Source of the DNA: Thermoanaerobaculia bacterium
GTDB lineage: Bacteria; Acidobacteriota; Thermoanaerobaculia; UBA5066; Gp7-AA6
Assembly: GCA_038224325.1 (NCBI GenBank)
Contig: JBBRFL010000012.1
Coordinates: 10,249-74,248, forward strand
Length of the DNA: 64,000 bases
Direction of reading: 5' to 3'
Below are positions 58,570 through 64,000 of this stretch, piece after piece (positions within the stretch are counted from its first letter, which is position 1; every line of letters begins with the position of its first letter). A program made the translations under genes and the position numbers. The notes under the pieces were generated by a model that was not told the DNA's origin, did no database searches, and worked only from the letters and a program-made list of their open reading frames with translations.

Positions 58570-59952
58570 TTGAGGGGCTTACTCGCGGTTGTGGACCCTC
58601 TCGCCCGGCCGGCCTCGCTTCGCTCCCTCGGCTCGACGCGCCTCCCCTCGTTTTTGCTGGCCGGCTGGGCCGTGCTCGCGCTCCTCTGCGGCGGCTGCGC
58701 TTCGCGCGCCGCAGGGCCGGTGAGAGACCGGTTCCCGCTCGATCCGCGGGAGGGGCTCACGTCCGCATCGGGGGGATCCGTCGAGCGGGGCTGGCTCGCA
58801 CTCGAGGCCGGCGAGATCGCCCGCGCCCGGGCCGAGTTCGAGCGCGAGTCTTCGGAGCCCTCGCGCCGGGCCGCCTCGATCGGGATCATCGAGACCCTGG
58901 TTCTCGAAAAGCGCCCCGCGGATGCGGCCGCGCGCTGCGCCGAGGTCCTCTCCGAAGGGGAGGCGACGGTGCCCCTCTGGACCGCCTGCGGCGAGGCCTA
59001 CGCGGGGTCCGGCGACCCGATCCGCGCCTACGAGCTCTACGATCGCGCGGCGTCCCGCGCGCCCACCCGCCGCGGCGTCGCGGAGCGCGCGGATGAGCTG
59101 CGCGCCCCCGCGACGTCGGCGGTGCTGTCCTCCGCGGAAGAGGCGGCGTCGGCCGGCCGGCGCGAACAGGCGCGCGCTCGACTCGGCCAGGCGCTCGCCT
59201 GGAACCCCGGCGACGCGGAGGTGCTCGTCCGGGTGGCGGAGGTCGAGTGCTCGGCCGGCGAAAAGGATAGCGCGCTCCGGTACTACCGGGACGCGCTGGC
59301 GCTCGGAGGCCTGGACGACGCCGCCCGGCGGCGGGCCGGCGACCTCGCGCTGGAGATGGGCGACTACTCGATGGCGGTGACGGTGTTCGATTCTCTTGCG
59401 ATCCGGGATCCGGGATCGCGCGATCGCGCCGCGGAGGCGCGCCTCGCGTTTCGGATCGATAACTGGCCGGACGTCGAGCGCCAGGCGGCGCGGGCGCGCC
59501 GTCTGACCCGGGCGAGCGCGGCGCTGCTGGCGTGGTGGATGTTTCCGGAGGTCCGCGACGCGCGGGTCCGTTCCGGGGTCGTGGCGAGCGACGTCCTCGA
59601 GCGCAGGGACAGCCGCGTGATGATGCGCGCCGTCTCCCTCGGACTGCTCGACGTCGACTCCGAGACCCATAGGGCCCGTCCGGACGGCCCGCTCACCCGG
59701 GCGGCGGCCGCGCAGCTGATGCTTCGCCTGGCCCACCTTCTGGGCGGGGCGGGCGGGGCGGGCGGGGCCGCGGGCTGTCTCTCCGCGCCGGCCCCGTCGG
59801 CGCGCGCCGGCGGGGAAGCGGTGCGGCTGGCCACGCGGTGCGGTCTGCTGTCAGAATCGGGAGGGGCCGTCGTGGGCGGGCCGGAGATGACCCGAGGACT
59901 GGACCGGCTGCGATCGGCTCGAGCGTTGGGGGAAGCGGCCAGCCATGATTGA
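58570..59952 (+). CDS. TPR-repeat lipoprotein with an SLH-like C-terminal region
   Basis: Lipobox-like LCGGC, helical TPR-type repeats, LTRASAA and RPDGPLTRAAAA motifs; start uncertain. Confidence 0.6.
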   Translation: MRGLLAVVDPLARPASLRSLGSTRLPSFLLAGWAVLALLCGGCASRAAGPVRDRFPLDPREGLTSASGGSVERGWLALEAGEIARARAEFERESSEPSRRAASIGIIETLVLEKRPADAAARCAEVLSEGEATVPLWTACGEAYAGSGDPIRAYELYDRAASRAPTRRGVAERADELRAPATSAVLSSAEEAASAGRREQARARLGQALAWNPGDAEVLVRVAEVECSAGEKDSALRYYRDALALGGLDDAARRRAGDLALEMGDYSMAVTVFDSLAIRDPGSRDRAAEARLAFRIDNWPDVERQAARARRLTRASAALLAWWMFPEVRDARVRSGVVASDVLERRDSRVMMRAVSLGLLDVDSETHRARPDGPLTRAAAAQLMLRLAHLLGGAGGAGGAAGCLSAPAPSARAGGEAVRLATRCGLLSESGGAVVGGPEMTRGLDRLRSARALGEAASHD

Positions 59953-60640
59953 CCCATCCGTATTCCAGCGAGTCTCGTTGTTCGCGGATCTCGAGGAGGC
60001 CGAGCTCCAGACCCTCTCGCGCGTCGCCTCGGTCCGAGGGTACGCGGCCGGCACCCCGATCCTGCGCGAGGCCGAGCCGGGCGACCTCTTCTTCGTGCTC
60101 GTCAGCGGCGAGGTGAAGGTGTTCGTGGATTCCGCGGATGGGCGCGAGGTCGTCCTGACGCACCTTCAGGCGGGCGATTTCTTCGGAGAGATGGCTCTCT
60201 TCGAGGACGAGGCGCGGAGCGCGTCGGTCATGGCGATCGCGGATTCGGAGCTCGTCGTCCTGGCGCGCCCGGACTTCCTGTCGGTCCTGCAGAACGACTT
60301 CTCGCTGACCCGGAAGATCCTCAAGACGCTCTCGGCTCGGCTCCGACGCGCCAACGACGTGATCGAGTCGCTGGCTCTCCTCGACGTCGGCGGCCGCCTG
60401 GCGCGGTACCTTCTCCGTCTGGCGGACGAGTCGGGCAAGGCGCCCCTGGACGGCTATTACGTCGTCACCCGTCCGACGCACCAGGAGATCGCCAACTCGA
60501 TCGGCGCGACCCGCGAGACGGTGACCCGCATGCTGCGCCAGTTCGAGGACCGCAAGCTGATCCGGGTCCAGGGCTCGACGGTCTGGGTCCCGGCCAACGT
60601 GCCTCCGGGGGCGCGGGCGAACGAATGGAGCCGCCGGTGA
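59945..60640 (+). CDS. Crp/Fnr family transcriptional regulator (cNMP-binding)
   Basis: FFGEMAL...RSASV; HTH THQEIANSIGATRETVTR. Confidence 0.92.
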   Translation: MIDPSVFQRVSLFADLEEAELQTLSRVASVRGYAAGTPILREAEPGDLFFVLVSGEVKVFVDSADGREVVLTHLQAGDFFGEMALFEDEARSASVMAIADSELVVLARPDFLSVLQNDFSLTRKILKTLSARLRRANDVIESLALLDVGGRLARYLLRLADESGKAPLDGYYVVTRPTHQEIANSIGATRETVTRMLRQFEDRKLIRVQGSTVWVPANVPPGARANEWSRR

Positions 60641-61212
60641 GGGGTCCCTGGACCCTGCCCAACTTCATCACGCTGCTCCGTCTCGCGACGCTGCCGTTCT
60701 TCCTGCTTTCGATCGCCGAGGGACGCTTCGGCATCGCGCTCGCCCTGTTCGTTTCGGCCGGGATCTCCGACGGCATCGACGGATTCCTCGCCCGCCGATT
60801 CGACATGCGCTCGGCCCTCGGGGCCTACCTGGACCCCATCGCCGACAAGCTCCTCCTGATGTCCTCCTACGTTTTCCTCGCGATTCCCTCCTACCCCGGC
60901 CGCTACAAGATGCCGGTCTGGCTCGTGGTCCTGGTGCTCTCGCGGGACTTCCTCCTCATGCTGGTGGGGCTGCTCCTGATCCTGACCTCGGGCCGCAAGC
61001 GGTTTCCGCCGACCTGGGCGGGCAAGGTTACGACCGTCACGCTGATCGTCAACGTCCTCTTCGTGCTCTGCGCGAACCTCTGGAGCTGGCCCGAGCCGGT
61101 CGTCATCGTGGGATACGGCGCGGCCGCGACGATGACCGTCCTGTCGGGCTTCGACTACGTTTACCGGGTGGCGCGCAACCCGGACGAGCCCGTCGCGAGT
61201 CCCGCGTCTTGA
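60637..61212 (+). CDS. CDP-alcohol phosphatidyltransferase (PgsA/Cls-like)
   Basis: LPNFITLLR, DGIDGFLAR...GAYLDPIADK; alternative start at 60625. Confidence 0.88.
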   Translation: MRGPWTLPNFITLLRLATLPFFLLSIAEGRFGIALALFVSAGISDGIDGFLARRFDMRSALGAYLDPIADKLLLMSSYVFLAIPSYPGRYKMPVWLVVLVLSRDFLLMLVGLLLILTSGRKRFPPTWAGKVTTVTLIVNVLFVLCANLWSWPEPVVIVGYGAAATMTVLSGFDYVYRVARNPDEPVASPAS

Positions 61213-61475
61213 TCTTCCTCCGGCTGCTCTCCCGGCCCGACTGCCACCTGTGCGAGCAGATGCGGGCCGACGTCGAGCGCCTCCTGGAGGGCCGCGACCA
61301 CGAGTGGGAGATCGTGGACGTGGACTCGGACGACGAGATCGCGAGGCGATGGTCCGACTCGATCCCCGTGCTCTTCGTCAACGGCCGGCTCTTCGCCAAG
61401 CTGCGGATCCCCAAGCTCGCGGCCGGTCTTCGCATGATGCGCGCGGCCGCCGGAGAGGAGACGGCCCGGCCGTGA
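61209..61475 (+). CDS. Glutaredoxin-like protein (DUF836 type)
   Basis: SRPDCHLC, VDVD, IPVLFVNG. Confidence 0.8.
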   Translation: MIFLRLLSRPDCHLCEQMRADVERLLEGRDHEWEIVDVDSDDEIARRWSDSIPVLFVNGRLFAKLRIPKLAAGLRMMRAAAGEETARP

Positions 61476-62269
61476 CCGGCTTCGCCCGGATCGGGATGCT
61501 GGCGGCGGCGTTGCATGCCCACCCCGCGGGCTCGGGAGTCCTCCTGGAGGATCTCAGCTGGGTCGAGGCGGAGCGCATTCTGAAGCCGGAGACCGTGATC
61601 GTCGTTCCGCTCGGAGCGGAGTCCAAGGAGCACGGACCCCACCTCAAGCTCAAGAACGACTTCCTGATCGCCGAGTACCTGAAGAATCGGGTGCGCGAGC
61701 GCGCGGACGTCGTCATCGCGCCCACGGTGAACTATCACTTCTATCCGGCGTTCGTGGAGTACCCGGGCTCGACGAGCCTGCGGCTGGAGACGGCGCGGGA
61801 TCTGATCGTCGACATCTGTCGCGGGCTGTCGCGCTTCGGTCCGAGGCGTTTCTACGTCCTGAACACGGGCGTGTCGACCGTCAGCGCGCTGGCGCCGGCG
61901 GCCGAGGCGCTCGCCGCGGACGGAATCCTGCTCCGCTACACCGACCTGCTCGAGTGCATGGAGCCGATCGAGAAGGAGGTCTGCAAGCAGGATGGCGGCA
62001 CCCACGCCGACGAAGCCGAGACGTCCATGATGCTGTACATGGCCCCGGCCAGTGTCGAGATGGGCAAGGCGGTCAAGGACTATCACCCGGGAGAGGGCCG
62101 CCTGACGCGGGACCCGAAGAAGGAGGGGATGACCTACTCTGCCTCCGGAGTCTTCGGCGACGCGACCCTGGCGACCCGCGAGAAGGGCAGGCGAATCACC
62201 GAGGCGCTCGTGGCCGTGATCCTGCGGGAGATCGAGGAGCTGCGCCGAGCCGAGCCACCGTCGAAGTAG
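61472..62269 (+). CDS. Creatininase family amidohydrolase
   Basis: PLGA...EHGPHL...D, YPGS, HADEAETS, SGVFGD...AT.EKG. Confidence 0.85.
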   Translation: MTGFARIGMLAAALHAHPAGSGVLLEDLSWVEAERILKPETVIVVPLGAESKEHGPHLKLKNDFLIAEYLKNRVRERADVVIAPTVNYHFYPAFVEYPGSTSLRLETARDLIVDICRGLSRFGPRRFYVLNTGVSTVSALAPAAEALAADGILLRYTDLLECMEPIEKEVCKQDGGTHADEAETSMMLYMAPASVEMGKAVKDYHPGEGRLTRDPKKEGMTYSASGVFGDATLATREKGRRITEALVAVILREIEELRRAEPPSK

Positions 62270-62281
62270 AGGCTCCGCGCC

Positions 62282-64000
62282 TCAGGGCTCCTCGCGCGCG
62301 TGCGCCCGTACCTGCGCGACCTGCCGGGCGAGGACGGGCGCGGCGTCCTGGAATCTCGCGAGAACCCGCTGCGACAGGGGATCGTCGGGCGCGATCCCCT
62401 CGACGAGGTCCTCGATGCGGCTGCGGCGCGCCACGAGTTCGGCGAACGTCTGGGCCCAGGTCCCCACCGATTCGAGGATGCGGCCGCTCTCGTACTCGAC
62501 GACCGGGAGATCGTCGGCGTGCGGGGCGGTCTCGCCCACCCACCGGCGCACGTCCCGCGGGGCGAGAAGCATGTAGGACAACAGGTCGGCTGGATCGGCG
62601 GCTCCGATTCGCGACAGATCCTCGGCGATCGCCGCCTGCGCGACTCGGCGGGCGAGGTCCGAGAGCCGCACCGTCGGCTCGGGGGTCGCGAGCACGATCG
62701 TGAACGAGTTCTCGACCGAGTGCGGATACCAGATGCTGACGTTCGGAAAGACGTTCTGGAAGGCGCGAATGATGCCGCGGTAGTTCTCGGGAAGCAGCGA
62801 ATACATGGGCAGCCACATCGAGATCACGCCTCCCGGCTTCAGGCGGCGGGCGCAGAGCCGGAAGTAGTCCTCCGTGTAGAGCGATCCGTTGCCCGCGTAG
62901 CGGGGGTGGATCGAGTCGGACAGGATGACGTCGAAGGCCTCGTCGGAGGCGAGGACGAAGTTGCGCCCGTCGTTGATGGTCAGCCGGATACGCGGGTCGG
63001 AGAGGACCCCGTGGTTGACCCCGCGAAAGAACCGGTCCGCGGCCCGAGGCACCTCGGGCGAGATCTCCGCGATCCGCATCTCGTCGACCGGATGGCGGGA
63101 GACGGAGTACGCCGTTCCTCCGGAGCCGAAGCCGATGTGCAGGATCCTGCGAGGATCCGCGCAGAGGGCGAGCGGAAGGTGGGCCTGGAGCTTCTGGATC
63201 ACGACGAGATCGGGCGAGGTTCCCGCGACGTTGACTCCGTTGAGCTCGAGCGACAACGCGGAGGACTTCGTGGCGTACCGCTTGACGGCGACCGTGGCCG
63301 TGACGTCTTCGCGGAAAAAGACGAGGTCCCTCCGCGGCACGTTGGAGAGCACGCCGGCCGACAGAATCACTCCGTCTCGAGGGGGGAGAAACGACAGGGC
63401 GACGAGGCCCGCGAGCGCGAGGCGCAGGGGCCAGCTCCTGGGGTGGAGGACGCAGGCCATCGCGGCTCCCAGGAGCCCCGTCAGGATCAACGCGTTCTGG
63501 GAGCCGAGCACGGGAATCGCGGCGAATCCGGTGAGCAGCGATCCGCCGATTCCCCCGAGCGTGTTGACGGAATAGATCGCGGCGACATCGGCCGGGGCCG
63601 TGGACTCGGAGCGGCTGGCGGCCCGCAGCAGGAGCGCGAAGCTCAGTCCCATGAGAAACGTCGGGGGAAGGAGGTAGACGCCCGTCGCGATGCCCTGGGC
63701 CACGAGGAGCCCCGAGTACGTGTGAACGTGGAGCACCGAAGTCGCGACGGAGACCAGGACGCCGTTGTAACGCGGGAAGGCGAGGACCTGCAGAACGAGG
63801 GTCGAGCCCAGCGCGAGCTGGGTCATCGCGATGGCTCGCCGGAGGTCGGCGGGGGCGATGGCGGCGCCCGTGAGGCTTCCGCCAACCAGCCCGGTGAGGA
63901 AGATGGCGAGCATCAGCGCGAACGCGTACACCGAGGAGCCGAGGTACAGGATCAGCACGCGCGTCCAGAGGACTTCGTCCGCCATGGCGCACGCTCCGGT
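62282..64000 (-). CDS. Membrane-fused spermidine-synthase-like protein (5'-truncated)
   Basis: EVLWTR...GSSVYAF, Y..NTLG, IGFGSG, EISPEV, NDGRNF, FDVILSD. The frame is open to the window edge. Confidence 0.85.
   Translation of the reverse strand, partial: TGACAMADEVLWTRVLILYLGSSVYAFALMLAIFLTGLVGGSLTGAAIAPADLRRAIAMTQLALGSTLVLQVLAFPRYNGVLVSVATSVLHVHTYSGLLVAQGIATGVYLLPPTFLMGLSFALLLRAASRSESTAPADVAAIYSVNTLGGIGGSLLTGFAAIPVLGSQNALILTGLLGAAMACVLHPRSWPLRLALAGLVALSFLPPRDGVILSAGVLSNVPRRDLVFFREDVTATVAVKRYATKSSALSLELNGVNVAGTSPDLVVIQKLQAHLPLALCADPRRILHIGFGSGGTAYSVSRHPVDEMRIAEISPEVPRAADRFFRGVNHGVLSDPRIRLTINDGRNFVLASDEAFDVILSDSIHPRYAGNGSLYTEDYFRLCARRLKPGGVISMWLPMYSLLPENYRGIIRAFQNVFPNVSIWYPHSVENSFTIVLATPEPTVRLSDLARRVAQAAIAEDLSRIGAADPADLLSYMLLAPRDVRRWVGETAPHADDLPVVEYESGRILESVGTWAQTFAELVARRSRIEDLVEGIAPDDPLSQRVLARFQDAAPVLARQVAQVRAHAREEP

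Noticed and set aside
59743-59769. (GGCGGGGCG)x3 tandem repeat, and the 9-bp duplication at about 41041 (AKPAKPA)
   Set aside because: These are in-frame slippage in flexible linkers with no sign of phase variation.

Overview
This is a high-GC, gene-dense chromosomal window with about 64 CDSs. The gene content and style suggest a diderm Acidobacteriota-like organism, possibly Thermoanaerobaculia (inference, not verified). It is mostly core and metabolic: 2-oxoacid dehydrogenase E1 alpha/beta, ribBA, a molybdenum-cofactor cluster (mobA, moaC, moaA, mog, mobB, plus a mocA-like gene), serA/ddl, purB, rmuC, arcA/arcC, a leucine/isovalerate (liu-type) cluster, and valS-birA-coaX, comEC-miaA-hfq and crp. 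I saw no rRNA, tRNA, CRISPR array, transposase or phage gene. The most unusual observations are these. (1) A peptidoglycan-recycling NamZ-type muramidase is fused in frame to MobB. (2) A split B12 acyl-CoA mutase has a large subunit with isobutyryl-CoA-mutase residues (F91/Q209, plus an odd D-to-H change), and a B12-binding small subunit heads the liu cluster 31 kb away. (3) A RomR/PopZ-like polar-scaffold response regulator lies upstream of valS. (4) A circularly permuted TrxR-like flavoprotein is fused to a membrane polyferredoxin. (5) Across the window, -10 boxes sit 6-12 nt upstream of start codons, suggesting leaderless or near-leaderless mRNAs. (6) There are two probable non-canonical start codons (ACG, CTG). 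(7) There is a possible DnaD-like protein and there are structured intergenic elements. All assignments come from reading motifs by eye; no database searches were run.
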